Shown here: piece after piece, positions 30,096-39,742 of the stretch | Layout: each line of letters begins with the position of its first letter | How positions within the stretch are numbered: position 1 is the stretch's first letter | Source: Deltaproteobacteria bacterium | GTDB taxonomy: Bacteria; Myxococcota_A; UBA9160; UBA4427 | Assembly (NCBI GenBank): GCA_016713665.1 | Contig: JADJOR010000002.1 | Span: 1,051,035-1,115,034, forward strand | Reading direction: 5' to 3' | DNA length: 64,000 bases | Notes under the pieces: generated by a model | Database searches by the model: none | The model's input: the letters and a program-made list of their open reading frames with translations, nothing else | Told to the model about the DNA's origin: nothing | Position numbers and translations under genes: made by a program

Positions 30096-31874
30096 TCAGG
30101 CGAGTGCTCCTTCCATCCAGTCGATCAGCTTCTCGAGTCCGGCCTGCGGATCGGGGCCGAGGTCGACGCCGAGCATCCGGCGGCCGCGCGCCGACAGGAC
30201 GTGGAAATCGCCTAACGCCTGGGCCTCGGCCAGCGCATCGAAGTCGCCGCCGATCTCGGGAATCGCGAGGGGCGCGCGCTTTGCGGCGCGGCGGGCGCTC
30301 GCGGATTGCCAGAGCTGGAGGCCGGCGAGGCGGTTCGGGCCGCCCTTCTGGAGCTGACCCGTCGAGTGGAGATAGCGCGGCCCGAAGGAGAGCGTCGTCG
30401 CGACGGGGCGCGCGCGACCGACGGCCCGGCGCAGTCGCTCGAGGGCGGCGCGGGTCTCGGGTGCGTCGGCGAGGAAGGCGTTGATCAGGAAGCCGTCGCC
30501 GGGCTGGATCGATTCGACGAGGGTCCGCAGCCAGCGGGCGGGCTCGCGCGGGCCGCGGGCGAGGGGCGCCTCGAGCTCACGGGCCGCGAAGAGCTCGATC
30601 CCGCCGGCCGCGAGCGAAGGCGCCGTGTCGGCTCGCGTCGAGCTGCTCCCGCCCGCCATCAGCGCGCGGGTCGCCTGCTTCGCGGCCTCGACGTCGGGCT
30701 GGTCGAAGGGGTTCACGCCGAGGACGGCGCCGACGACGGCGGTCGCCATCTCCCATTGATAGGCCGCGGCCCCGAGCGCGAAGGGATCGGCGAGCTCGAG
30801 CCGGATCACCGGATGCCCCGCCTTCGCGAGCGCGTCGAGCCGTGCCGCCCGCTCGGCGCGCGTCGGGTCGTCCGCATCGCCCGGGCCGTTCGCACCGCCC
30901 GCCGCCGCGCCGGAGTCCGCGCCCCCGCCGCCGACCGCGACGTCGACGAAGATCCGGTCCGCTGCATAACGTCCCGGCTCGAAGAGCCCCTCGCCCGTGA
31001 CGGGCAGCAGCCCGAGCCCCGACTTTCCCGTCGACTCGGCGATGAGCTGCTCGATCCAGCCGCCGAAGCTCTCGATCGAAGGCGAGAGCGAGAGGGAGAG
31101 CTTGTCGCGGCCGGCCCGGGCGAGAACGCCGAGGGCGAGGCCGAGATCGACGCCGGGATTCGCGGCCGCCTCGACCTCGGGACCGCAGCCGTTCGCCATC
31201 CGCCGCGCCGGCGCGAGGAGTCGCTCCGGGTCGAGGCCCATCGCGAGGGCCGGGAGCAGGCCGAAGGGCGAGAGCGCCGAGAAGCGGCCGCCGACGTCGG
31301 CGCGGCCCGGGGCGATGCCGAGGAAGCCGTCCTTTCGGGCGCGGGCCTCGAGGTCGCTGCCGGGGTCGGTGATCGCGACGAAGTGACGGCCGGCCGCTTC
31401 GCGGCCGAGGCGGGCGTCGAGGCGCGCGCGGATCAGCGTGTAGAGCGCGTTTGGCTCGATCGTCGAGCCCGACTTCGACGAGACGAAGTAGAGCCCGTCC
31501 TCGATCGCGACGCTCGTGAGACAGGCCTCGATCGCATCGGGCACCGTCGTGTCGAGGACATGCAGCGCCCGCCGCGCCCCGCGCCCGTTCCACGTCCGCC
31601 CGAGCACGTCCGGCCAGAGCGACGAGCCGCCCATCCCGAGCACGACCGCGAAGCGCGCCGGATGCCGGGCGATGGCGTCGCGCAGCGCCGCCGGCCCGAT
31701 CGCCGCGTCGGGCTGTGCATTCGGCAGCTCGAGCCAGCCGAGCCAGCGCGCTTCGTCGGCATTCGAGAAGAGCGCGGCGTCGCGCGCCCAGAGTCGGCGG
31801 GTCGAGGCGTCGGCGTCCCAGCGGCGGCGGGCCGCGGCATGGGCTTCCGCCTGCGCGCCGAGCTCGAAGCGCAT
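30096..31874 (-). CDS. pgi: Glucose-6-phosphate isomerase (PGI family)
   Basis: VLGMGGSSL and VSSKSGSTIEP SIS-domain motifs. It lies directly downstream of transaldolase, as in tal-pgi units. Confidence 0.75.
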   Translation of the reverse strand: MRFELGAQAEAHAAARRRWDADASTRRLWARDAALFSNADEARWLGWLELPNAQPDAAIGPAALRDAIARHPARFAVVLGMGGSSLWPDVLGRTWNGRGARRALHVLDTTVPDAIEACLTSVAIEDGLYFVSSKSGSTIEPNALYTLIRARLDARLGREAAGRHFVAITDPGSDLEARARKDGFLGIAPGRADVGGRFSALSPFGLLPALAMGLDPERLLAPARRMANGCGPEVEAAANPGVDLGLALGVLARAGRDKLSLSLSPSIESFGGWIEQLIAESTGKSGLGLLPVTGEGLFEPGRYAADRIFVDVAVGGGGADSGAAAGGANGPGDADDPTRAERAARLDALAKAGHPVIRLELADPFALGAAAYQWEMATAVVGAVLGVNPFDQPDVEAAKQATRALMAGGSSSTRADTAPSLAAGGIELFAARELEAPLARGPREPARWLRTLVESIQPGDGFLINAFLADAPETRAALERLRRAVGRARPVATTLSFGPRYLHSTGQLQKGGPNRLAGLQLWQSASARRAAKRAPLAIPEIGGDFDALAEAQALGDFHVLSARGRRMLGVDLGPDPQAGLEKLIDWMEGALA

Positions 31875-31877
31875 CGC

Positions 31878-33032
31878 CTACTTCCGACCGCCGAGGACCT
31901 GCTGGCGCTTCGCCTCGACGGATCGGAGCAGGCCGTCGAAGGCCTCGCTGAAGAGCTCGCAGCCCTTCGTGAGGAGCTCGTCGGTGATCGCGTCGAGGGA
32001 GATGCCGAGGCTCGAGAGCTCCGACAGCACGACCTTCGCCTCGCGATCGAGTCGGCCGGGGTCGCTGCCGAGGGCGTCGCGGACCTTGCCCTCGATGCGG
32101 AAGGCGGCGAGGGTCGCGTCGGGGACGGTGTTGACGGTGAACTTCCCGATCAGCTCGTCGACGTAGAGGGTCTTCGGGAGGGCGGGATCCTTCGTGCCGG
32201 TGCTCGCCCAGAGGACGCGCTGCGGATCGGCGCCGGCCGCGGCGAGCTTGCGCCAGCGCGCACCGCCGAGATCGTCGAGGAAGCGGGCGTAGGCGACCTT
32301 CGCGTTCGCGATGGCGACCTTCGCGTTGAGCGCCTGGAGCCGCTGCTTCACGTCGGCGGAGGCGCCGGCCGCGATCAGCTTCTCGGCGCGCTGGGCGACG
32401 CTCGCGTCGATGCGCGAGACGAAGAAGCTCGCGACGCTCGCGATGCCCGAGACCGGGAGGCCCTTCGCGAGGCGCGCCTCGAGGCCCGCCATGTAGGCGT
32501 CGTGGACCGCTTGATAGGCGGAGACCGCGAAGAGCAGCGTCACGTTGACGTTGAGCCCGTCCTCGATCAGCTGGCGGATCGCCGGGATGCCGGCCGGGGT
32601 CGCCGGGACCTTGATCATCAGGTTGTCGCGGGAGACGGCGAGGGCCAGGCGGTGGGCCTCGGTGATCGTGCCGGCCGTGTCGTTCGCGAGATGGGGCGAG
32701 ACCTCGAGGGAGACGAACCCATCGCGCCCCTCGCTCGCGTCGTAGACCGGGCGGAGCACGTCGCAGCCGAGCTGGATGTCGACGACGGCCAGGCGCTCGA
32801 AGACATCGAGGGCGTCCTTCGCGCCCTGGGCGACGAGGCCTCGGGCCGCGGCGTCGTAGTCGTTCGACTTGGCGATCGCCTTCTCGAAGATGGCGGGGTT
32901 CGAGGTCACCCCGCGGATTCCCTCGGCGCCGACCCAGCGACGCAGCTCCCCCGAGAGGAGCAGGTCGCGGCTGATGTTGTCGAGCCAGATCGATTGCCCG
33001 TGGGCATGGGCCTGGAAGACGGGTGTATTCAT
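31878..33032 (-). CDS. tal: Transaldolase
   Basis: Start at MNTPVFQ (33032). SIWLDNISR, GVTSNPAIFEKAI and the MIKVPAT (Schiff-base Lys) motifs. Confidence 0.9.
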   Translation of the reverse strand: MNTPVFQAHAHGQSIWLDNISRDLLLSGELRRWVGAEGIRGVTSNPAIFEKAIAKSNDYDAAARGLVAQGAKDALDVFERLAVVDIQLGCDVLRPVYDASEGRDGFVSLEVSPHLANDTAGTITEAHRLALAVSRDNLMIKVPATPAGIPAIRQLIEDGLNVNVTLLFAVSAYQAVHDAYMAGLEARLAKGLPVSGIASVASFFVSRIDASVAQRAEKLIAAGASADVKQRLQALNAKVAIANAKVAYARFLDDLGGARWRKLAAAGADPQRVLWASTGTKDPALPKTLYVDELIGKFTVNTVPDATLAAFRIEGKVRDALGSDPGRLDREAKVVLSELSSLGISLDAITDELLTKGCELFSEAFDGLLRSVEAKRQQVLGGRK

Positions 33033-33168
33033 CGGCGCGGCGGGTTGGGCGCACATGGAAGGGCAGATCCTCGTTGGCACGCGGGATGGGGGGAGCGGCC
33101 GCGCCCAGTATACGGGTTCGATGCTCGGACGGGAGAGGAGTCACGCGCGGCACAGCCCCGAAACGAAC

Positions 33169-33209
33169 GAGCCCGGCGATGCGCGGGGCACCGCCGGGCT
33201 CTGATTTTC
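33169..33209 (-). terminator. Hairpin terminator downstream of the hsp20 pair
   Basis: Perfect 10-bp stem gagcccggcg / cgccgggctc (33169-33178 / 33192-33201) with a 13-nt loop. It is flanked by T-rich tracts on both strands (tgattttcg on +, gttcgtttc on -). Confidence 0.5.
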
Positions 33210-33281
33210 GATCGCTCACTCGCTCGGCCAATCGGGGCTCGCTAGCGCTGCGCCCGCGCCCCGACGCAGGCTCGATCCGGC

Positions 33282-33683
33282 TCAGGCGGCCTGGACCTCG
33301 ATCCGCCGCGGCTTCTTCTCGGCCGACTTCGGCAGCCGAAGCTCGAGGACGCCGTCCTTCATGCGGGCCGAGACGCCCGCGGCATCGATGTCCTCCGAGA
33401 GCCGGAACTCCCGGAAGTAGCTGCCGTCGCGGTACTCCGCGTAGAGCGTGCGGACGTTCGGAGGCGTCTGAGCCAGCCGGGCATGGAGCGAGAGGACGCC
33501 CTTCTCGAGCTGGATGTCGACCGTCTCTTCGGAGGCGCCCGGCATGTCGGCGTAGATCACGAAGGCGTCGCTCTGCTCGAGGATGTCGACGTCGGGTCGG
33601 AACACCACGCCCGTTCGGGGATCCTCGGTCAAGAGAACCTCCTTCTCACGCGGCTGGATCTCACGGGATTCGTTCGTCGTCAT
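33282..33683 (-). CDS. Hsp20/alpha-crystallin small heat-shock protein
   Basis: 133 aa with an alpha-crystallin core (DVDILEQSDAFVIYADMPG ... GVLELRLPK). Confidence 0.9.
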   Translation of the reverse strand: MTTNESREIQPREKEVLLTEDPRTGVVFRPDVDILEQSDAFVIYADMPGASEETVDIQLEKGVLSLHARLAQTPPNVRTLYAEYRDGSYFREFRLSEDIDAAGVSARMKDGVLELRLPKSAEKKPRRIEVQAA

Positions 33684-33727
33684 GTCGTTCTTTCCTTTCG
33701 TTCGTTCGTTCGCGTCGGGCCCTTCGT

Positions 33728-34183
33728 TCAGCGCGTCTCGATCGCGATCTGTCGGGGCTTCGCCGAGGCCGCCTTCGGGAGCGTCAACGTCAGCACCCCA
33801 TTCTTGTGGCTCGCCCGCGCATGCTCGAGGTCGATCTCCGCCGGGAGCTCGAAGGCGCGCCGGAAGCTCCCCGACTGCCGCTCGCGGCGGTGGATCGCCG
33901 TGCCCTTCCCGACCGAATATTCGATCTTGCGCTCGCCCGAGAGGGTCACCGTCGAGCCCTCGACCGACACCGTGATGTGGTCGGGCGAGACGCCCGGCAG
34001 CTCCGCCGTGAGGACATAACCGTCCTCGCTCTCGTGCAGGTTCACGAGGGGGTAGACGCCGCGCGTGCCCTTGAACACGCCGTCGTGCGGCCGAAAGGCG
34101 GAGTTCAGGTCGCGCCGCAATTCGTTCATGAGACCGAGCCAGGGATTGAGCGCCGTGGGTCGCGTCAACGTAAAGGTCGCCAT
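33728..34183 (-). CDS. Hsp20/alpha-crystallin small heat-shock protein
   Basis: 151 aa with motifs VNLHESEDGYVLTAELPG ... GVLTLTLPK. There is a strong SD (GAAGGAGGA) before the ATG. Confidence 0.9.
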   Translation of the reverse strand: MATFTLTRPTALNPWLGLMNELRRDLNSAFRPHDGVFKGTRGVYPLVNLHESEDGYVLTAELPGVSPDHITVSVEGSTVTLSGERKIEYSVGKGTAIHRRERQSGSFRRAFELPAEIDLEHARASHKNGVLTLTLPKAASAKPRQIAIETR

Positions 34184-34367
34184 TGCATCCTCCTTCGTCG
34201 TTCTTGCCGTTCTTGCCGATTCGATGGTTCTTCGGCTGCGTCTGCGGGGCTCGCCCGATCGCGCCGACCGATCTCCGGCTACGGCTCATCGATCTTCACG
34301 GACACTGGCTTTGTCAACGGGCGGGTCGGAAAAAATGCTGCGACGTGCCGGGCCGGCGGTGGGGCCT

Positions 34368-34428
<61 letters not shown>

Positions 34429-34534
34429 CGGCGGGGCCCTCGGGACGCTGCGGCGCGTCGATACGAGCGGTGTCGCGGACTCGGCCGTGCGGGCGACTGG
34501 GGCCGCGTCGTTGCCGGTGACTTGCTGAAGGGGG

Positions 34535-35892
34535 CTAGAGCTTCGTGAAGGCTTCGAAATAACCCGGCCAGGTCTTCGAGACGCAGCCGGGATCGAGGAT
34601 GACGACGCCGGGGACGCGCAGGCCGGCGAGCGCGAAGGACATGGCCATGCGGTGGTCGTCGTAGGTCGCGATCTCGGCGCCGTGGAGCGGGCGGGGCTCG
34701 ATGCGGAGCCAGTCGGGGCCCGCCTCGGCGCCGGCGCCGAGCTTGCGGAGCTCCGTCTCGAGGGCGGCCAGGCGGTCGGTCTCCTTGATGCGGAGGTTCG
34801 CCACGTTGCGGATCGTCGTCGGGCCGTCGGCGAAGAGACAGACGACGGCGTAGGCGAGCACGGCGTCGGGGAAATCGTTCATGTCGATCTCGCCGAGGGA
34901 GCGCAGGCGGGCGCCGGGGCGCGCCGGGAGGGGGGGGGGAGGGGCCCCCGCGGGGGCCCCCCCCCCCCGCGCCCGACGACCGTCACACGCTCACCCGCAC
35001 GCTCGATCCGGCAGCCCATGCGTTCGAGCAGGCCGAGGATCTTGAAGTCGGCCTGGAGCGAAGTGGCAGGGACCCCCGACACCGTGACGCGTCCGCCGGC
35101 GATCGCCGCGGCGCAGAAGGGATAGGCGGCCGAGGAGGCGTCGGGCTCGATCGCGTGGCGGGCGGCGACATAACGTCGGCCGGCCTCGACCCAGAGCCGC
35201 TCGTCGCGCCCCGCGCCGCGCCACTCGGCGCGGGCGCCGAACTGGCGCATGACGTCGAGGGTCAGGTCGATGTAGGGGCGCGAGACGACGACGCCGTCGA
35301 CGAAGGAGAGCTCGACGTCTTGCTTCGCGTAGGGCGCCGCCTGGAGGACGGCCGAGACGTACTGGCTCGAGCGCCGACCGTCGATCACGGCCCGGCCGCC
35401 CGGGAGGCCGCCGCCCTGGATGCGGACGGGGGGACACTCCGAGCGGCCCTCGAACTCAATGCCGGCACCGAGGGCGCGGAGCGCCGCGACGAGGTCGCTG
35501 ATCGGCCGCTCGCGCATGCGGGCGTTGCCGTCGACGACGACGGGGCCGGGGGCCAGGGTCAGGGCGGCGGTCAGGAAGCGGGCCGTCGTCCCGGAATTGC
35601 CACAATCGAGGGGATGGTCCGGGAGGTCGAAGCGGCCGCCGCGCCCGCCGACCCGCCAGCGGGCGCCCTCGTCCTCGACCCGGATGCCGAGGGCGGCGAG
35701 CGCCCGGCGCATCACGATCGTGTCGTCGGACTCGAGACCGCCCTCGAGGACGCTCTCGCCGTCGGCGAGCGCCGCGAGCAAGAGGACCCGGTTCGTGATG
35801 CTCTTGCTGCCCGGGACCCGGACTGAGCCCGCGAGGGGGCCGCGGGGCTCGATCGCGAGACGAGCGGGCAGCGGGGACCTCGACGACGACAT
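34535..35892 (-). pseudogene. aroA: 3-phosphoshikimate 1-carboxyvinyltransferase (EPSP synthase), split by a homopolymer block
   Basis: The N-terminal ORF carries VPGSKSITNRVLLLAALA, CGNSGTTARF and RMRERPI. The C-terminal ORF (34535-34882) carries MNDFPDAV...LRIKETDRL...YDDHRMAMSFA in a different frame. The break lies at 34882-34970. Confidence 0.8.
34926..34970. repeat. G/C homopolymer block (about G10-A-G4-C5-GC-G5-C12) inside aroA
   Basis: Read directly from the sequence. It translates to GRGGGGPPRGPLPPPS at a position where EPSP synthases have only a short loop. Confidence 0.9.
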
Positions 35893-35954
35893 GGCGACGG
35901 ACTCTCCTGGGGCGGCCGACCGTAGCACGCGCGGCCTTCGGGCCGGACTTCCCG

Positions 35955-35983
35955 TTGACACCGCCAACGCCCTCGTGCAAACT
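35955..35983 (+). promoter_or_regulatory. Candidate sigma-70-type promoter (TTGACA-N17-CAAACT)
   Basis: A perfect -35 hexamer at 35955-35960 and an A-rich -10 at 35978-35983, in an otherwise GC-rich aroA/serA divergent spacer. Confidence 0.35.
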
Positions 35984-36427
35984 CGGCCACCGGTTGGATT
36001 CCGTAGTCAAGTCGGCGAGTTAGCCCTCGTCGCGCAGGTGGCGGCAGCGCTGCCCGGAGCAGACCGGTCTCGGCAGGCGAGGCGCTCGAAGCGCGCTCGC
36101 CGTCGGCGTCCGGCGACGCCCCGATGCGCGGCCCGAGCGCCCGCGACCCGATTCGAAGCCGAACGGGCCCCGACCGGACTCGCAAGATCAAGCGCAGAAC
36201 GCAGAACGCAAGGCGCAGAACGCGAAGCGCATCGCCGAGCGCCGAGCGCACAGCGCCGGGCACGAGCCCGGCATCAAGGATGGAGATCGCCGTTTCCAGT
36301 CGTTCGAGCGGGAGGTCGTCCCGCTCGCGCTCGCCCCTGGGTGGGGGCCGGGAAAGCGGTCGATCGAGCGCGCGCGTGCGGCGCGCGGGTTGAAAGAGCG
36401 CGCGCAGCGCGCGAGAGGATAAGTCCA

Positions 36428-38008
36428 GTGCCGAAGGTCCTCATCTCCGACTCGCTCTCCGAGCAGGGCGTCAAGATCCTCGAGCAGGCGCCCGGGATCG
36501 AGCTGATCAACCGCCCGGGCTGCTCGCCCGCCGAGCTGCTGACGCTCATTGCCGACGTCGACGCGCTCGTCATCCGCTCGAATACCAAGGTCACGAAAGA
36601 GGTCTTCGCCGCGGCCCCGAAGCTCCGCATCGTCGGCCGCGCGGGCATTGGCGTCGACAACGTCGACGTCGCCGCCGCGACGCAGCACGGCGTCGTCGTC
36701 GCCAACACCCCCGAAGGCAACAACATCACGACCGCGGAGCACGCGATCGCCCTCATCGTCTCCCTCGCGCGCCACATCCCCCAGGCGACCGCCTCGATGA
36801 AGGCCGGCGCCTGGGAGAAGAAGAAATTCGAGGGCATGGAGCTCTACAACCGGACGCTCGGCGTGCTCGGCGCGGGCAACATCGGCCGCTATGTCGTCTC
36901 CCGCGCGAAGGGCCTCGGCATGAAGGTCATCGTCCACGACCCCTATCTGACCGCCGAGGCCGCCGCGAAGCTCGAGGTCGAGCGGGTCACCCTCGACGAG
37001 ATGATGGAGCGCTCCGACGTCGTGACGGTCCACGTCCCCAAGACCAAGGAGACGACCGGCATTCTCGGAAGATCCCAGTTCGCGAAGGCGCGCCCGGGCC
37101 TGCTCGTCATCAACGCGGCCCGCGGCGGCATCGTCGACGAGGCGGCGCTGCTCGAGGCGCTCGAGTCCGGCCAGGTCGCCGGCGCGGGCCTCGACGTCTT
37201 CGTCGAGGAGCCGACGCCGAAGGGCCATCCGCTCGTCTCCCATCCCAACGTCATCTGCACGCCGCATCTCGGCGCCTCGACCGAGCAGGCCCAGATCAAC
37301 GTCGCGATCGCCGTCGCCGAGCAGATCCGCGACTTCCTCCTGCGGGGCGAGGTCCGCAACTCGATCAACGTCCCGTCCGTCTCGCCCGAGCAGATGAGCG
37401 CCGTCGCGCCCTACCTCGAGCTCGGCGAGAAGCTCGGCAGCTTCCAGGGCCAGCTCGCGAAGGGCCGGGTCGACGTCGTCGAGGTCGAGTACTCGGGCGA
37501 GGTCGCCGAGCTCAAGGTCGCGCCGATCACGATCGCGGTCTTCAAGGGGATCCTCTCGACCGTTCGCGAGAACGTGAACCTCGTGAACGCCTCGCATGTC
37601 GCGCAGGGACTCGGGATCAAGGTCATCGAGAGCAAGACGACGCGGACGACGGACTTCGCGAGCGCCGTGACCGTCAAGGTCAAGGGCGTCGTCGATCGCC
37701 TGATCGCGGGCGCCGTCTTCCACGGCCGCCAGCCGCGCATCGTGCGCGTCGACGACTTCATGCTCGAGGCGATTCCGGAGGGCTGCACGCTGCTCATCCA
37801 CAACCACGACCAGAGCGGCGTCGTCGGTCGCATCGGGACGCTGCTCGGCAACGCCGGCGTCAACATCTCGCGCATGCAGCTTGCGCTCAACGAAAGCCGC
37901 GGCGAGGCCTGCATGCTCGTCAACGTCGACCAACACCCGAGCGACCAGGTCCTCGCCGCGCTTCGCGACGACGCCAGCATGATCGCCGTACAATTGCTGG
38001 AGCTCTAG
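36428..38008 (+). CDS. serA: D-3-phosphoglycerate dehydrogenase (long form with ACT domain)
   Basis: GTG 36428 (VPKVLISD). NAD motif GVLGAGNIGR and catalytic ARGGIVDE...PHLGAST. There is a C-terminal ASB/ACT region. Confidence 0.9.
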   Translation: MPKVLISDSLSEQGVKILEQAPGIELINRPGCSPAELLTLIADVDALVIRSNTKVTKEVFAAAPKLRIVGRAGIGVDNVDVAAATQHGVVVANTPEGNNITTAEHAIALIVSLARHIPQATASMKAGAWEKKKFEGMELYNRTLGVLGAGNIGRYVVSRAKGLGMKVIVHDPYLTAEAAAKLEVERVTLDEMMERSDVVTVHVPKTKETTGILGRSQFAKARPGLLVINAARGGIVDEAALLEALESGQVAGAGLDVFVEEPTPKGHPLVSHPNVICTPHLGASTEQAQINVAIAVAEQIRDFLLRGEVRNSINVPSVSPEQMSAVAPYLELGEKLGSFQGQLAKGRVDVVEVEYSGEVAELKVAPITIAVFKGILSTVRENVNLVNASHVAQGLGIKVIESKTTRTTDFASAVTVKVKGVVDRLIAGAVFHGRQPRIVRVDDFMLEAIPEGCTLLIHNHDQSGVVGRIGTLLGNAGVNISRMQLALNESRGEACMLVNVDQHPSDQVLAALRDDASMIAVQLLEL

Positions 38009-38010
38009 AA

Positions 38011-39303
38011 ATGACGACCGTCGTCGCCGTCGGCGCGCAGTGGGGAGATGAAGGCAAGGGCAAGATCGTCGATTGGCTCGGGCCGCGGGCCGATCTCGTC
38101 GCCCGCTTCCAGGGCGGCAACAACGCGGGCCATACCCTCGTCGTCGGCGGCGAGACGACGATCCTCCACGTCGTCCCCTCGGGCATCCTCCACGACGGCT
38201 CCGTCAATCTGATCGGCCCCGGCGTCGTCGTCGATCCCGGCATCCTCCTGATCGAGCTCGGCAAGCTCAAGGAGCGCGGCATCCTGCGCGATCCCTCGCG
38301 CATCCGCGTCTCGGGCCGCGCCCACGTCATCCTTCCCTGGCATACCGCCCTCGACAAGGCGCGCGAGAGCGCCCGTGGCGAGGACAAGATCGGCACGACC
38401 GGCCGCGGCATCGGCCCCGCCTACGAGGACAAGGTCGCCCGCCGCGGCATCCGCGTCGCCGACCTGCGCGAGCTCTCGACCCTGCGCGCCAAGCTCGACT
38501 CGATCGGCAAGCAGAAGAACTTCGAGCTGACCCAGATGCACCACGCGCCGCCGATCGACATCGACGCGCTCTACGCCCAGTGTGTCGAATGGGGTCGCGC
38601 GCTCGAGCCCTACATCGACCACACGGGCCGCATCATCGACAAGGCGCTCCGCGCCGGCAAGAACATCCTCTTCGAAGGCGCGCAGGGGACGTTTCTCGAC
38701 ATCGACCACGGGACCTATCCCTTCGTGACCTCGTCGAACTGCGTCGCCGGCGCCGTCTGTACAGGCTCGGGCGTCGGCCCGACCAAGATCGACCGCGTCA
38801 TCGGCATCACGAAGGCCTACACGACCCGCGTCGGCGGCGGCCCCTTCCCGACGGAGCTCGAAGGCGAGCTCGGCGAGCTGCTCCGGAAGAAGGGTGCCGA
38901 GTTTGGTGCCACGACCGGGCGCCCGCGGCGCTGCGGCTGGCTCGATGCCGTGCTGCTGCGCGAAGCGGTCACGGTCAACGGGCTCACGGACTTCGCCATC
39001 AACAAGCTCGACATCCTCTCGGGCATGCCCGAGCTCAAGATCTGCACGGCCTACGAGATCGATGGGAAGATCACGGAAGACTTCCCGATGACGCTCGCGG
39101 AGACGGAGCGGGCGAAGCCGATCTACGAGACGCTGCCGGGCTGGCAGGAAGATCTGCGCGGGATCACGAAGATCGAGCAGCTGCCGGCCAATGCGCGGCG
39201 CTACATCGAGCGGATCGAGGCGCTCACCGAGGTCCCGGCGGCGCTGCTGTCCGTGGGGCCGGGGCGGGAAGAGACGATCATCGTCCACCAGCTGTTTCGG
39301 TAG
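38011..39303 (+). CDS. purA: Adenylosuccinate synthase
   Basis: GAQWGDEGKGKIVD P-loop, GTTGRGIGPAY and the TGRPRRCGW motifs. Length is 430 aa. Confidence 0.95.
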   Translation: MTTVVAVGAQWGDEGKGKIVDWLGPRADLVARFQGGNNAGHTLVVGGETTILHVVPSGILHDGSVNLIGPGVVVDPGILLIELGKLKERGILRDPSRIRVSGRAHVILPWHTALDKARESARGEDKIGTTGRGIGPAYEDKVARRGIRVADLRELSTLRAKLDSIGKQKNFELTQMHHAPPIDIDALYAQCVEWGRALEPYIDHTGRIIDKALRAGKNILFEGAQGTFLDIDHGTYPFVTSSNCVAGAVCTGSGVGPTKIDRVIGITKAYTTRVGGGPFPTELEGELGELLRKKGAEFGATTGRPRRCGWLDAVLLREAVTVNGLTDFAINKLDILSGMPELKICTAYEIDGKITEDFPMTLAETERAKPIYETLPGWQEDLRGITKIEQLPANARRYIERIEALTEVPAALLSVGPGREETIIVHQLFR

Positions 39304-39350
39304 GCGTCCACGCGACTCTCGGAGTCGGAGCGGGCGGTGTGCCAGGGGCC

Positions 39351-39470
39351 CCGGCCGTGGGGCGTGGGGCGCTCGGTGTCGGACCGGACGCGTCGGGAAC
39401 GCTGACCAGAGGTGGGGCGCCGTGCTGCGCGCCGGTCACTCCGATTTCGCACCCCACGCCCCACGCCCGG
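39351..39470. repeat. Long imperfect inverted repeat (22-nt arms, 2 mismatches, approx 76-nt spacer) downstream of purA
   Basis: ccggccgtggggcgtggggcgc (39351-39372) pairs with gcaccccacgccccacgcccgg (39449-39470). The arms contain the tandem heptamer gtggggc. Confidence 0.7.
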
Positions 39471-39742
39471 GTTCCTCGGACGGGCTCGCTTCTCGGCGAG
39501 CGGGCGTGGGCGGTCCTTCCTTCTTCTCGTTGGGCGGGGGGCCGTCGTCGGCCTATGGCTCGACGGGGGGAGTGGACGTCCCGGACCGGGATGTCCCGGA
39601 TGGCTGGGCTCGGGAACTGATGGGTTGAATCCGGTGTTGATTGGGCGGGTGTGGTGGTCGATAGAGCGCGGGGTCCGGGCGGGCGCGGCGGGGACGTCGG
39701 GTTGTTCGGGCGGGGCGTTTCGGGCCGAGCGGATGCGGAGAT

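Noticed and set aside
35985-36120. tmRNA / SRP / 6S-like RNA in the aroA-serA spacer (ggttggattccgtagtcaag resembles the tmRNA 5' region)
   Set aside because: It has no tRNA-like 3' end (no T-arm/CCA context), no plausible tag reading frame, and no conserved SRP or RNase P motifs. The resemblance is limited to a few bases.
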